DNA of 32,000 nucleotides from Aminipila butyrica. Its GTDB lineage: Bacteria > Bacillota > Clostridia > Peptostreptococcales > Anaerovoracaceae. This document shows positions 22,492 through 31,853 of the stretch, piece by piece. The stretch covers positions 896,650-928,649 of the forward strand of contig NZ_CP048649.1 of assembly GCF_010669305.1 (NCBI RefSeq), in the 5' to 3' direction. Position 1 is the stretch's first letter, and each line of letters starts with the position of its first letter. Under the pieces are notes generated by a model. The model was not told where the DNA came from. It worked only from the letters and a program-made list of their open reading frames with translations, and made no database searches. A program made the position numbers and the translations under genes.

Positions 22492-24441
22492 GTGAGAAGA
22501 TTGACGACTATAAACGCATCAATCCAAATGACACAAAATATGTCGGCAGCTATGCAGTCCATTCATGGCAGTACAAATTCGGCCATAAGCAGCTTTGCAA
22601 GTCTGCAATCGGCTATTTCCCAGGCCAATATTCAAATGGAGATCGCAGTCGACAAACAAGAGGATTTTCAGAAAGAGACTGCTGGAAGTATAAAAGGGAT
22701 GACGTTATTAAAAAATGCCATGAGTGGGCTTGGTGTAAGCTTAGATATTCAAAAAGTGCTCCAGCTTTCTGATGCCATGGCACAAACTAAGGCCCGTTTA
22801 AGCCTAATGAATAAAGATGAATCATCCACAGGGGAGCTGCAAAGTAAAATATTTGATTCAGCTAATCGAAGTGGGAATTCCTATGCGAACACGGCCAACG
22901 CGGTAACCGATTTGGGACTCAATGCCGGAGATTCTTTTCAGAGCAACGATGCGGTAATTGCTTTCGTTGAGCAGGTTAATAAGCAGCTTGCCTTAGGCGG
23001 AACAGCCGCGGATCAGCAGTCCAATGCCATGGCCCAGTTGTCTCAGGCTATGGCGGGAGGAGTTCTCCAGGGCGAGGCCTTGAATACCGTTCTAGATGCT
23101 GCACCAGGCATAGGACGGAGCATCGAGGAATCCATGGGCTGGGCAGAGGGTTCCATCCGTTCTTATGCAGAACAAGGTGCGGTGACCTCCCAAGTTGTAA
23201 GAGATTCCATGTTTGCCATGCAGGGAGCGACCAATGCTGCATTTAATGATATGGGCATGACCTGGCAGCAGGTGGGGAATGTCATGTCTAATAAACTGCT
23301 ACAGATGTCTACACCTTTATTGGCATTTATCAATACCCTAGCAAAAAATTGGAGTATTTTAGAACCTATTGTAGTAGGCGTACTTGGTGCTCTGGCATTG
23401 TATAAAGGGGCGGTACTAGCATCAGCGGCAGCAACAGCATTTGCTAGTTTTCATACTGCCCTACTTAACATATTGACTGGAGGAACATCTTTGCGGGTGG
23501 CACTTGCCAATTGGGCTTTAAAAAAACAAGCGGTGGCGACAACAGAGGCGGCTGTGGCTCAATGGGGCCTTAACGCAGCGTTACTGGCCTCTCCCCTTAC
23601 CTGGATTGTCGGTATATTACTCGTGGTAATAGTAACACTTTATGCAGTAGTAGCGTGGATTAACAAAACAAAAGATACAACTATCTCAGCTACAGGACTA
23701 ATTGTGGGGGCCTTCTTTGCTTTAGGTGCTATTATTTATAACATAATTGTCGGAGTTATTAATGCGATTATGCAGATCGCATGGACTCGCTTTGCTGAAC
23801 CATGGATTGGAATAATAGAGTGGGTATTAAATGTGTTTAATGGCGGATTTAACAGCTTTGGAGACGCCGTTAAAAACCTACTTGGAAATATTATTTCTTG
23901 GTTTTTATCTCTTGGGAAAGTGGCTACTAAGATTATAGACGCTATTTTTGGAACAAATTGGACAGAAGGTCTTAATGCCTTGCAAGACAAAGTTCTTAAG
24001 TGGGGAAAAAATGATAAGGCAATCACTTTGAACCGGACTGCACCGACTATAAACTCCCGATTAGGCGTAAAGAATTCATTTAACACAGGCTATGGTATGG
24101 GAGAAAATGGTGGAGATGTGCTCAAAGGTATGTTTGATCCTAGGGCACTTGATAATTTTAATCCAAATGGTGAGGAAACTGCTGCTAATGTGGCAGGCAT
24201 CGCAGGCAACACCGGCAGTATGGCCGATTCCATGTCTGTCTCTGAGGAAGACATGACTTATCTGCGAGACATTGCAGAGCGGGAAGCCATCAACCGCTTC
24301 ACTACGGCGGAAATCAAAGTAGAGATGGCCAACAGTTTCGGTGACGTTCGAGAGACCGCTGATGTAGACGGTATCATCAGTTATCTGGCATATAAAATAG
24401 AGGAACAGATGGCCGTATCCGCGGAAGGGGTGTATATATAA
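22492..24441 (+). CDS. xkdO: Tail tape measure protein (XkdO-like)
   Basis: 649 aa, with a central hydrophobic block. Position after the chaperone pair. The start is uncertain (GTG 22492, TTG 22501 or ATG 22528). Confidence 0.85.
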   Translation: MRRLTTINASIQMTQNMSAAMQSIHGSTNSAISSFASLQSAISQANIQMEIAVDKQEDFQKETAGSIKGMTLLKNAMSGLGVSLDIQKVLQLSDAMAQTKARLSLMNKDESSTGELQSKIFDSANRSGNSYANTANAVTDLGLNAGDSFQSNDAVIAFVEQVNKQLALGGTAADQQSNAMAQLSQAMAGGVLQGEALNTVLDAAPGIGRSIEESMGWAEGSIRSYAEQGAVTSQVVRDSMFAMQGATNAAFNDMGMTWQQVGNVMSNKLLQMSTPLLAFINTLAKNWSILEPIVVGVLGALALYKGAVLASAAATAFASFHTALLNILTGGTSLRVALANWALKKQAVATTEAAVAQWGLNAALLASPLTWIVGILLVVIVTLYAVVAWINKTKDTTISATGLIVGAFFALGAIIYNIIVGVINAIMQIAWTRFAEPWIGIIEWVLNVFNGGFNSFGDAVKNLLGNIISWFLSLGKVATKIIDAIFGTNWTEGLNALQDKVLKWGKNDKAITLNRTAPTINSRLGVKNSFNTGYGMGENGGDVLKGMFDPRALDNFNPNGEETAANVAGIAGNTGSMADSMSVSEEDMTYLRDIAEREAINRFTTAEIKVEMANSFGDVRETADVDGIISYLAYKIEEQMAVSAEGVYI

Positions 24442-25097
24442 TGGCTTATGAAATGCGTTTAAACGGAATGCTGCTGCCGGTGACCCCGGAGAAATTGCAG
24501 CGAAAAGTTAAAAACCAAAATGAGACGGTTACCTTGATTGATGGAAGCGAGGTAAATTTGCTAAAAGCTCCTGGACTAATGGAGATTGAGTTAGAGGCTT
24601 TGCTGCCGCAGACAATGTATCCTTTTGCTATATATCCCGATGGATTCCAACCTGCCGAATACTACCTGGATGAACTAAAACGGCTCAAGGATGACAAAAA
24701 GGCATTTACGTTCACTGTGACTAGAGAGAGCCCTTCAGGGCAGAAGCTGTTTTATACCGAAATGGAAGTCTCCTTAGAGGATTACACTATAGCGGAATCT
24801 GCCGACAACGGGCAAGATGTAATGGTGTCCATAACGCTGAAAGAATATAGGCCTTATGGCACAAAGCGGCCTCCTGTAGTTTCTGTCGACCCTCAGGGTG
24901 TTACGACTATTTCCGTCGTAGAATCTCGTCCAGCTAAAGAACCTGCGGCATCTTACACGGTAAAAGCCGGGGATAAACTGTGGGATATATGTAAAGTCCA
25001 CCTGGGCGATGGGAGGCGGTATTCAGAAATTGCCAAATTAAATGGTATCTCTAACCCCAATTTAATTTTCGCAGGGCAGGTGATTCGTCTTGGCTGA
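24441..25097 (+). CDS. xkdP: LysM-domain tail protein (XkdP-like)
   Basis: C-terminal LysM: YTVKAGDKLWDICKVHLGDGRRYSEIAKLNGISNPNLIFAGQVIRL. ATG overlaps the TMP stop (TAATG). Confidence 0.85.
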   Translation: MAYEMRLNGMLLPVTPEKLQRKVKNQNETVTLIDGSEVNLLKAPGLMEIELEALLPQTMYPFAIYPDGFQPAEYYLDELKRLKDDKKAFTFTVTRESPSGQKLFYTEMEVSLEDYTIAESADNGQDVMVSITLKEYRPYGTKRPPVVSVDPQGVTTISVVESRPAKEPAASYTVKAGDKLWDICKVHLGDGRRYSEIAKLNGISNPNLIFAGQVIRLG

Positions 25098-26061
25098 CAT
25101 TCGGCTTTATATAACAAATAACGGAATTATTTATGAACCAGTTGTGGAAGGGGAGATCACGTGGGAAACCGAGCGGTTTGGATCCCCTGGGATACTGTCC
25201 TTTACGGTACTGAAAGATTCTGTTATCAATTTCCAGGAGGGCAATTTGGTGCAGTTATATGTAGGCGATGTGAAAACCTTTTATGGCTTTGTTTTTACCA
25301 AAAAGAGGTCTACGAGTAAAGCAGGCGCCATCAATGTGACAGCTTACGACCAACTGCGATATTTGAAGAATAAAGATGCCTATATTTATCCAGAGGCTAT
25401 GACGGCTACTCAATTGATAAGGGCCTTGGCACATACTTATCGGCTTCAAGCTGGGGAGCTGGAAGATACGGGGTTCATCATTCCCAGAAGAGTGGAAAGT
25501 AACCAGACCCTCTTTGACACGATACAGACGGCGCTGGATGAAACATTGATGAGCACTAGACAGCTCCATGTGCTTTACGACGACTTCGGTAAGCTGACTC
25601 TGCGAAATCTTGAAACCATGAAGCTGCCAATTCTTATCGCTCCGGGAACGGCAAGTGATTTCGATTATTCCACCAGCATCGATTCTGGCACCTACAATCA
25701 AGTTAAGCTTTATTACGATAATCAAGATACACACAAAAGAGAGGGTATGGTCGACTTTGATCCAGTGAATATTGAAAAATGGGGTGTCCTGCAGCTGTGT
25801 GAGAGCGTTCAAAACAAGGGCAGTATCCAACAGAAAGTGAAAGATTTGTTAAAGTTTTACAACATGAAGACTCGCAGCTTGTCTGTGAAGAAAGCGTTTG
25901 GTGACATTCGAGTTCGAGGAGGTTCTGGGGTAATGGTAAGTCTGAACCTGGGAGATATCAAAGTCAACACGTACATGCTGGTGGAGAAGGTTAAACACAC
26001 TATAACGGAAGAAAGCCATTTTATGGACCTGACATTGAGAGGATGTGATGCATATGTCTAA
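25090..26061 (+). CDS. xkdQ: Baseplate hub / XkdQ-like protein
   Basis: 323 aa. TTG start overlaps the end of the xkdP-like gene. Syntenic position. Confidence 0.7.
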   Translation: MADIRLYITNNGIIYEPVVEGEITWETERFGSPGILSFTVLKDSVINFQEGNLVQLYVGDVKTFYGFVFTKKRSTSKAGAINVTAYDQLRYLKNKDAYIYPEAMTATQLIRALAHTYRLQAGELEDTGFIIPRRVESNQTLFDTIQTALDETLMSTRQLHVLYDDFGKLTLRNLETMKLPILIAPGTASDFDYSTSIDSGTYNQVKLYYDNQDTHKREGMVDFDPVNIEKWGVLQLCESVQNKGSIQQKVKDLLKFYNMKTRSLSVKKAFGDIRVRGGSGVMVSLNLGDIKVNTYMLVEKVKHTITEESHFMDLTLRGCDAYV

Positions 26062-26476
26062 TTTAGTGCAATTGATTAAAAAAGCCTCCCTGGAAGCAGG
26101 AGAGGCGGCCGGACCTATGACCGCAGGCTTTGGTAAGGTGGTCTCGGAGAGACCCTTGAAAATTCAAATTGATCAGAAAATCACATTGGATGGGGAATTC
26201 CTTCTGGTGCCAGAGAGTTTGACGGATCATCAGGTGAACATGGTCGTAGATCATCAGACTCAGCCTTCTGGAGGCTTTAGCCATGGCCATAGCGTGACTA
26301 CAGATGGAGGAAGCGGCAGTGCTTCCCCTCATTCCCAGTCCAACCATGCCCACGAGTACAGCGGAACAAAGAGCTTTACGGTGCTAAATGGCTTGCGGAC
26401 AGGAGACAAGGTTATTTTGCTCCGGGTCCAGGGGGGGCAAAAATATATTGTACTGGATAGAGAGGGGAGCGTATGA
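26054..26476 (+). CDS. xkdR: Baseplate spike-like protein (XkdR / DUF2577-like)
   Basis: MSNLVQLIKKA...GKVVSERPLKIQIDQKITLDGEFLLVPESLTDH followed by a His-rich tip (HGHSVTTDGGSGSASPHSQSNHAHEY). Confidence 0.65.
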   Translation: MSNLVQLIKKASLEAGEAAGPMTAGFGKVVSERPLKIQIDQKITLDGEFLLVPESLTDHQVNMVVDHQTQPSGGFSHGHSVTTDGGSGSASPHSQSNHAHEYSGTKSFTVLNGLRTGDKVILLRVQGGQKYIVLDREGSV

Positions 26477-26877
26477 TACCACAAATTGATACAGACCTGC
26501 AAAATGCTTTTGAACTGGCAGAGAGACAACCAAGCCGAACGTATCGGTTAGATCTGAAAAGTGGGCGAATCTTCGGCACGGTTGACCAGTTGGAAGCCAT
26601 GAAACAGGCCATATATAAAATTTTGAACACGGAGCGCTACCAGTATGCAATCTATAGCTGGAATTACGGTGCAGAGTTGGCAGCCCTTATAGGTCAGCCA
26701 GCTACCTATGTCATGGCTCTGATAAACAGGCGAATTACCGAAGCTTTGACTCAAGATGATCGCATTACCGAAGTAGATAATTTCTCCTTTGTTCGAGATA
26801 AAAAGACGATTCAGGTATCCTTTACCGTTCATACCATATACGGTCGAATTGATGCCGAGAAAGAGGTGAACATCTAA
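26473..26877 (+). CDS. xkdS: Baseplate wedge protein, gp25/W-like (XkdS / DUF2634-like)
   Basis: The pattern RTYRLDLKSGRIFGTVDQLEAMKQAIYKILNTERYQYAIYSWNYGAEL matches this family. ATGA overlaps at both ends. Confidence 0.75.
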   Translation: MIPQIDTDLQNAFELAERQPSRTYRLDLKSGRIFGTVDQLEAMKQAIYKILNTERYQYAIYSWNYGAELAALIGQPATYVMALINRRITEALTQDDRITEVDNFSFVRDKKTIQVSFTVHTIYGRIDAEKEVNI

Positions 26878-27929
26878 TGTATGAACAGATGACTTATGAA
26901 TTGCTGCTACAGCGTATGCTGGACAGAGTGCCCTCTGATGTGGATAAGAGGGAAGGGAGCATCATTTATGATGCATTGGCTCCAGCGGCTGTAGAATTGC
27001 AAAATATGTATATTCAGCTGGAAGCTGTACTTAATGAGGGGTTTGCAGATACTCAGAGCCGGTCCTATTTGATTCGTAGAGCAGGGGAACGAGGGATTGT
27101 ACCAGAAGCAGCGACCTTTGCCGTGCTCCGGGGGGTATTTAATAAAGATATTCCAATTGGCTCCCGTTTTAGTTTAGGAATCCTGACCTATACTGCCATA
27201 GAAAAAATGGCTGATGGCTCTTTTAAACTACAATGTGAGACAGCAGGTCAGGCCGGAAACCAGTTGGAAACATTGATTCCCATCGACTATATTGCTGATT
27301 TAACTAGAGCAGAAGCGACAGAGATTTTGGTTCCTGGGGAAGATGAAGAGACAACAGAAAAGCTGCGGGCCCGATATTATGCAAACTTGGATTCTAAATC
27401 CTTTGGAGGTAATATCCAGGATTACAAGGAAAAAGTCAACGCTTTGTCTGGAATAGGCGGGGTAAAGGTTTATCCCGTTTGGAATGGCGGGGGCACAGTC
27501 CGCCTGACAGTAATCAGTTCGGCTTATGAATCCCCCTCCAGTGTACTGGTAGATGAAGTGCAGGAGGCAGTGGATCCGGTGGGCCATACCGGAGAAGGGT
27601 ATGGCCTTGCTCCCATCGGCCATCGAGTGACGGTGGGCGGAGTGAAGGAGACAGAGGTCCATATTTCTACCCATATCGTCTATCAAGAGGGCTGGAATTG
27701 GGAAGACGTAAAGGATTACGTTTTGTCAGCAATTGACCGCTATTTTATGGAGCTGGCTGGTCAGTGGTCAGAGGAAAAGAATCTGATTGTTCGAATCAGT
27801 CAGATTGAGACTAGGCTGCTAAATGTACCGGGAATCATTGATATAGCCGATACTACCATAAACGAACTTACTCAAAACCTAATCTTGGACAGCGACTGCA
27901 TACCAAAGCGGGGTGATGTGATTGGATAG
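26877..27929 (+). CDS. xkdT: Baseplate J-like protein (XkdT-like)
   Basis: 350 aa. The N-terminus YEQMTYELLLQRMLDRVPSDVDKREGSIIYDALAPAA is typical of baseplate J family proteins. Confidence 0.85.
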   Translation: MYEQMTYELLLQRMLDRVPSDVDKREGSIIYDALAPAAVELQNMYIQLEAVLNEGFADTQSRSYLIRRAGERGIVPEAATFAVLRGVFNKDIPIGSRFSLGILTYTAIEKMADGSFKLQCETAGQAGNQLETLIPIDYIADLTRAEATEILVPGEDEETTEKLRARYYANLDSKSFGGNIQDYKEKVNALSGIGGVKVYPVWNGGGTVRLTVISSAYESPSSVLVDEVQEAVDPVGHTGEGYGLAPIGHRVTVGGVKETEVHISTHIVYQEGWNWEDVKDYVLSAIDRYFMELAGQWSEEKNLIVRISQIETRLLNVPGIIDIADTTINELTQNLILDSDCIPKRGDVIG

Positions 27930-28488
27930 AAGAATCAACTTGATTGCTTATTTGCCGGAGATACTCCAGGACATAAGAGAATTTAAGACTGTAGCCGAAA
28001 CAGAAAATTTAGAACTAAAACAGCTGCAAGCTGCACTGAACGCGGCATTAAATGATCTCTTTGTGGAGTCCAGCACGGAATACGGCGTAGCTCGCTGGGA
28101 AAAGATTTTGAAAATCAGTCCGAAGGGCACGAATTCCCTGGCAGAGCGGAAGTTTCGAATCCTAGCCAGATTGAATGAGCAGCTGCCATACAGCTACCGG
28201 ATGCTGGCTCGGCAGTTGGCTACCTTATGCGGAGAAGAGGGGTACAGTCTAAAAGAAAATATTGAGACCTATCAGCTGATTGTCCGGGTAGCCTTGGCGG
28301 CTAAGAGCAACTTTGATGATGTACAAAAGCTTTTGGAACGGGTAGTTCCCTGCAATGTGGCTGTTGATTTGAGCCTGATTTATAACCAGTATCAAGTTTT
28401 AGAAGCATTTACCTATGGCCAACTGGAAGCTTATACCTATGAGCAAATGAGAGAGGAGCCTCTGAATGGGAATAAATTTAACGGATAA
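27922..28488 (+). CDS. xkdU: Baseplate / tail-fibre connector (XkdU / DUF2313-like)
   Basis: The pattern YLPEILQDIREFKTVAETEN...GVARWEKILKISP...ERKFRILARL matches XkdU/YmfQ-type proteins. Confidence 0.7.
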   Translation: MDRRINLIAYLPEILQDIREFKTVAETENLELKQLQAALNAALNDLFVESSTEYGVARWEKILKISPKGTNSLAERKFRILARLNEQLPYSYRMLARQLATLCGEEGYSLKENIETYQLIVRVALAAKSNFDDVQKLLERVVPCNVAVDLSLIYNQYQVLEAFTYGQLEAYTYEQMREEPLNGNKFNG

Positions 28489-29518
28489 TTACAAGTTAAA
28501 AAAGCCGGAAAAGAATGAGTTCTTTAATGTACAGCATCAAAATGACAACATGGATGTCATTGATGGGCAGTTGAAAGAAAATACAGAAGCGGTTTTAAAG
28601 AAGGTAGATCGCATCCAAGGCAAGGGACTGAGCACAGAAGACTTTACCACCGCTGAGAAGAACAAATTGGCGGGGGTGCCAACCAATGCTGGAGAAATGA
28701 AGATTTCTGAGGCGGTTAGGACGCTGTATGGGCTGACGGCGGCAGAAGGGAATGTGGATAAGGCGCTGAAAAAAATACCACCTAAAATGGAGGTGATACA
28801 GAGATTTACAACTTCACAGCTTTTTTTGATACCCTCAACTGTTACTAAAATTGATTTATACATGGTAGGCGGCGGACAAAATGGCGGGGACGGCGGGGAG
28901 GATACTAAAGGTTCATCAGGAAGCATAGCTTATGGTGGAAAAGGTGGTGATGGAGGGGCTATTTTGTATTTAACGAATCTTGTAGTAACCCCTAATACCA
29001 CTGTAGCTATTGTAATCGGACAAGCAGGGTCTCCAAGCAGTTTTGATAAGTTCTCAACCGATGATTCTAGTTTTTTCTTCTCGAATCCGAATACACCTTC
29101 AACAAGTCTGTCCACTTTGTCAACGTACCCTAAAAACGTATTGGGTTTAAGGTGTTGCCCATTTGACGGTAAAATCTATGGAATTCCAGGAGCACCAGGG
29201 GGGTTTGCTAAATGGTACACTAAAACATATGGCGCTGGAAGTAATATAAGCTTATTCGGATTAAATAAAGTTGGCGGCAGTGGGACAATTGTCGCTGGAA
29301 AAGACCATACAAGCGGCGGAGGCGGTGCAAGTTACGAGAATAATGGTGGAAATGGATCAGAAATAAAAGGCGGCGATGGGGGAAATGCATCTCCAAACAC
29401 TGGTCACGGCGGAGGCGGAGGCGGAGGCGCTACTGGTGGGGATAAATACGACGGAACTTTGTCAGGTCTAGGAGGAGTAGGTGGAAGCGGCATAGTAATA
29501 GTTAGATATTATAAATAA
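28466..29518 (+). CDS. Tail fibre / receptor-binding protein A (glycine-rich C-terminal domain)
   Basis: The N-terminus MGINLTDNYKLKKPEKNEFFNVQHQNDNMDVIDGQL is an XkdV-type anchor. GLSTEDFTTAEKNKLAGV is a fibre repeat. The block KISEAVRTLYGLTAAEGNVDKAL is shared with 11699. GG-rich C-terminus ends GIVIVRYYK. Confidence 0.7.
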   Translation: MGINLTDNYKLKKPEKNEFFNVQHQNDNMDVIDGQLKENTEAVLKKVDRIQGKGLSTEDFTTAEKNKLAGVPTNAGEMKISEAVRTLYGLTAAEGNVDKALKKIPPKMEVIQRFTTSQLFLIPSTVTKIDLYMVGGGQNGGDGGEDTKGSSGSIAYGGKGGDGGAILYLTNLVVTPNTTVAIVIGQAGSPSSFDKFSTDDSSFFFSNPNTPSTSLSTLSTYPKNVLGLRCCPFDGKIYGIPGAPGGFAKWYTKTYGAGSNISLFGLNKVGGSGTIVAGKDHTSGGGGASYENNGGNGSEIKGGDGGNASPNTGHGGGGGGGATGGDKYDGTLSGLGGVGGSGIVIVRYYK

Positions 29519-29529
29519 GGAGGTATATC

Positions 29530-29889
29530 ATGGGAATATGTTTAATTAACAAATATACAGATATTTGTGAACGTATTGTAATATTTACAGATATGTCAGT
29601 GGCAGAAGAAATGTTTGGAGACACCTATATTTTAACGGAACAAGTGACCGGTTTCAATATAGGTGATATCTATCAAGATGGAACTTGGAGTAAGGTAGAG
29701 GTCTACCCAGAGGAAAAAGAAGCCAACAAAGAAGAGGATACGCTTATTATGATGATAGATCAGGAGTACAGAATAACCAAGTTAGAACTTGGAATATATG
29801 GAGAAAGAGGTGAAAATTCATATGATTTACAGAACCATAAAAAGAATGATCGAAAAGGGTTTAGCAGATGGTTTGGAAGAAAAGCTTGA
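29530..29889 (+). CDS. Hypothetical protein after fibre A (XkdW position)
   Basis: 119 aa. RBS AAGGAGGTA. Its 3' 68 nt overlap the XkdX-like ORF, so the true end is uncertain. Confidence 0.4.
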   Translation: MGICLINKYTDICERIVIFTDMSVAEEMFGDTYILTEQVTGFNIGDIYQDGTWSKVEVYPEEKEANKEEDTLIMMIDQEYRITKLELGIYGERGENSYDLQNHKKNDRKGFSRWFGRKA

Positions 29890-29956
29890 TGTTTTTTACG
29901 CTGCTGGAAAATTAACGGCAGAGGAATATGCCGAACTAACAGAACTTCTGAAATAA
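29822..29956 (+). CDS. xkdX: XkdX-family small protein (44 aa), absent from the ORF track
   Basis: MIYRTIKRMIEKGLADGLEEKLDVFYAAGKLTAEEYAELTELLK matches the XkdX pattern (..IKR.Y..G.......V..GKITAEEY.EIT). RBS AGAGGTGA upstream. Confidence 0.55.
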   Translation: MIYRTIKRMIEKGLADGLEEKLDVFYAAGKLTAEEYAELTELLK

Positions 29957-30013
29957 AATTTAGAGCTAAAAAACAGTTATATGTAAGAAGAACAGAAAGG
30001 AGGAACAGATAAT

Positions 30014-30751
30014 ATGGGAATAAATTTGACAGATAACTATGGGTTAAAAAAACCAGAAAAAAATGAATTTTTTGACGTACAACACCAGAACGACAACATG
30101 GACAGAATTGACGAACAAATGAAAAATAACGCTAATGCGATGTTAAAGAAGAACGGCAGTATACAAATGGACGGGCCGCTGAAGACCGTTGGTTCCACAA
30201 CTACTATTCCAGCTAGTCAGATTGAAATGGGGAAGAATGCAATAATGACAAGGGACGGCAAGGTGGTATATCTTGCTGTAAATTGTTATCACGATGGAAC
30301 AGACTGGAGGTATAAAGGTAATGGTAAAGCCCTGGTAGTTACGTTTGGGGTAGAATATGATTTTCCTATTATGAATGTTGCCGATATCGGTACCAAAGAT
30401 GCCGTTATCAGTTTCCGTTACGTTAATATGCTTACCAACGAGACTGGGCTGCCTCTAACTGGTGGTACAGTAGCAGGTGATATTACGATTGACAAAAAGG
30501 GTGCATTGGGCAAAACTCTAATCATGAAAAATTCCGATGCCACCATTGATTATGGAACCCAGATTTACGACCATAATCAAGCAAATAGTTACGCAGCCCT
30601 TGTTTTAAATGCTAATTTGGAGTTGAATTCTAAAGCGGTGTTGTATGTAAGTGGAACCACATATAACCTATATGGGACACATAACATAATAGTTTCAACC
30701 ATTTCTCCAAGCTCTGCACTTAACGACGGTGCGCAGCACCAAGTATATTGA
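30014..30751 (+). CDS. Tail fibre / receptor-binding protein B (alternative distal domain)
   Basis: It has the same roughly 38-aa N-terminal anchor as fibre A (MGINLTDNYGLKKPEKNEFFDVQHQNDNMDRIDEQM) and then diverges completely. Contains the fibre motif LPLTGGTVAGDITI. Confidence 0.65.
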   Translation: MGINLTDNYGLKKPEKNEFFDVQHQNDNMDRIDEQMKNNANAMLKKNGSIQMDGPLKTVGSTTTIPASQIEMGKNAIMTRDGKVVYLAVNCYHDGTDWRYKGNGKALVVTFGVEYDFPIMNVADIGTKDAVISFRYVNMLTNETGLPLTGGTVAGDITIDKKGALGKTLIMKNSDATIDYGTQIYDHNQANSYAALVLNANLELNSKAVLYVSGTTYNLYGTHNIIVSTISPSSALNDGAQHQVY

Positions 30752-30756
30752 GGTAA

Positions 30757-31329
30757 ATGACTATGACAATATATAGAGGCGTAGGCGGTGTAAACCGTGA
30801 AATTAAACAGCAATTCAGAGGAGTAGGTGGAGTTAACCGTGAGATTAAAGAACAGTATCGTGGGGGTGGTGGGGTTAATCGGAAGGTCTTCAACGCTAAA
30901 TCAGCGGTGGCCCTGTATTGGCAAGGTGACGAATGTAAAGAGATTACTGGTGGATGGGCAGCCTATTATGGAAAACCTTTTACTTTTACAAAGTTGACAG
31001 ATCGAATGCATATAGAAAAAACTAGCTATGCCACCGGTAGCAGAGTGTGCACAGTCGGCACAGTTAATGTAACAGAGTTCAATAAACTTAAATGCACAGC
31101 TATTATAACACTTGCAGATCGTGTAGGGAACATAGGTTGTGGGATTCCTTCTGACCGAAATGGCGATGGATCAACGATAATTGTAGAGCATAAAATTCAA
31201 GGTACCAATTATGCTCTAGGTGATACTATAAATTTTGAGGTGAATATATCAGCCTATACAGGGTACCGGGCCATATGTTTTGGGCTTTTTGCAGCTGGTA
31301 TGGATGTTTATAAAATATGGTTAGAATAG
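30757..31329 (+). CDS. Hypothetical protein with three N-terminal 14-aa repeats and a beta-rich C-terminal domain
   Basis: RGVGGVNREIKQQF, RGVGGVNREIKEQY, RGGGGVNRKVFNAK. The start may be ATG 30763. Follows fibre B. Confidence 0.5.
   Translation: MTMTIYRGVGGVNREIKQQFRGVGGVNREIKEQYRGGGGVNRKVFNAKSAVALYWQGDECKEITGGWAAYYGKPFTFTKLTDRMHIEKTSYATGSRVCTVGTVNVTEFNKLKCTAIITLADRVGNIGCGIPSDRNGDGSTIIVEHKIQGTNYALGDTINFEVNISAYTGYRAICFGLFAAGMDVYKIWLE
30775..30900 (+). repeat. 3 x 42-bp in-frame tandem repeat
   Basis: Copies at 30775-30816, 30817-30858 and 30859-30900. Copies 1 and 2 differ mostly at synonymous positions. Confidence 0.85.
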
Positions 31330-31341
31330 GGAGGAATAATT

Positions 31342-31743
31342 ATGAAAATTAAATTAAACGACAACACACGATTAAATGTAATACTTGTAAATGGCAAGTC
31401 TACATATTTCCAAGGAGCAAACCGGGACAGCCTAGAGTTTGTTTTTAAGAAAGGGGACTACCCTTTTGACGAACTGGACGCACTGTTTGCTGATTCAGAA
31501 AAAGTAAAAAAAATTATCATACAATCTGACACGACTGCTACCGAGGCAGAAGGGAAGCCAGTGGAAACCCCAACGGAGCATATCTATGATGACTATTCCC
31601 TGAGGGTGGGCATGAAAATGGAGCCTGTAGTACTTTCTCCGGCTACGTCTACCACGCCAGAAATCACGGAAGAACGGGTCATGATTACCATGGCACAGCT
31701 GACGTTGATTGAAAGAAAGCTATCGGATATCGGGTTGTTATAA
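31342..31743 (+). CDS. Hypothetical protein (last gene before the lysin)
   Basis: 133 aa. RBS GGGAGGAA. I recognised no family. Confidence 0.4.
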   Translation: MKIKLNDNTRLNVILVNGKSTYFQGANRDSLEFVFKKGDYPFDELDALFADSEKVKKIIIQSDTTATEAEGKPVETPTEHIYDDYSLRVGMKMEPVVLSPATSTTPEITEERVMITMAQLTLIERKLSDIGLL

Positions 31744-31759
31744 CCAAAATCAAATAAAA

Positions 31760-31794
31760 AGGACAAGTCTCTGACGTGTACGAAGACTTGTCCT
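31760..31794 (+). terminator. Strong 11-bp stem-loop without a T-run
   Basis: AGGACAAGTCT, a 13-nt loop, then AGACTTGTCCT. Confidence 0.4.
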
Positions 31795-31853
31795 CTATCA
31801 TAACATATAAATAGGGACCTTTGGGCCCCTGGTTTAAAAGGAGGGAAGCTACC

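Noticed and set aside
22314-22562. Minus-strand ORF 22314..22562 (82 aa) across the chaperone/tape-measure junction
   Set aside because: It is antisense to the frameshift extension and the TMP start, and has no RBS. The + strand reading gives the expected GT-type extension.
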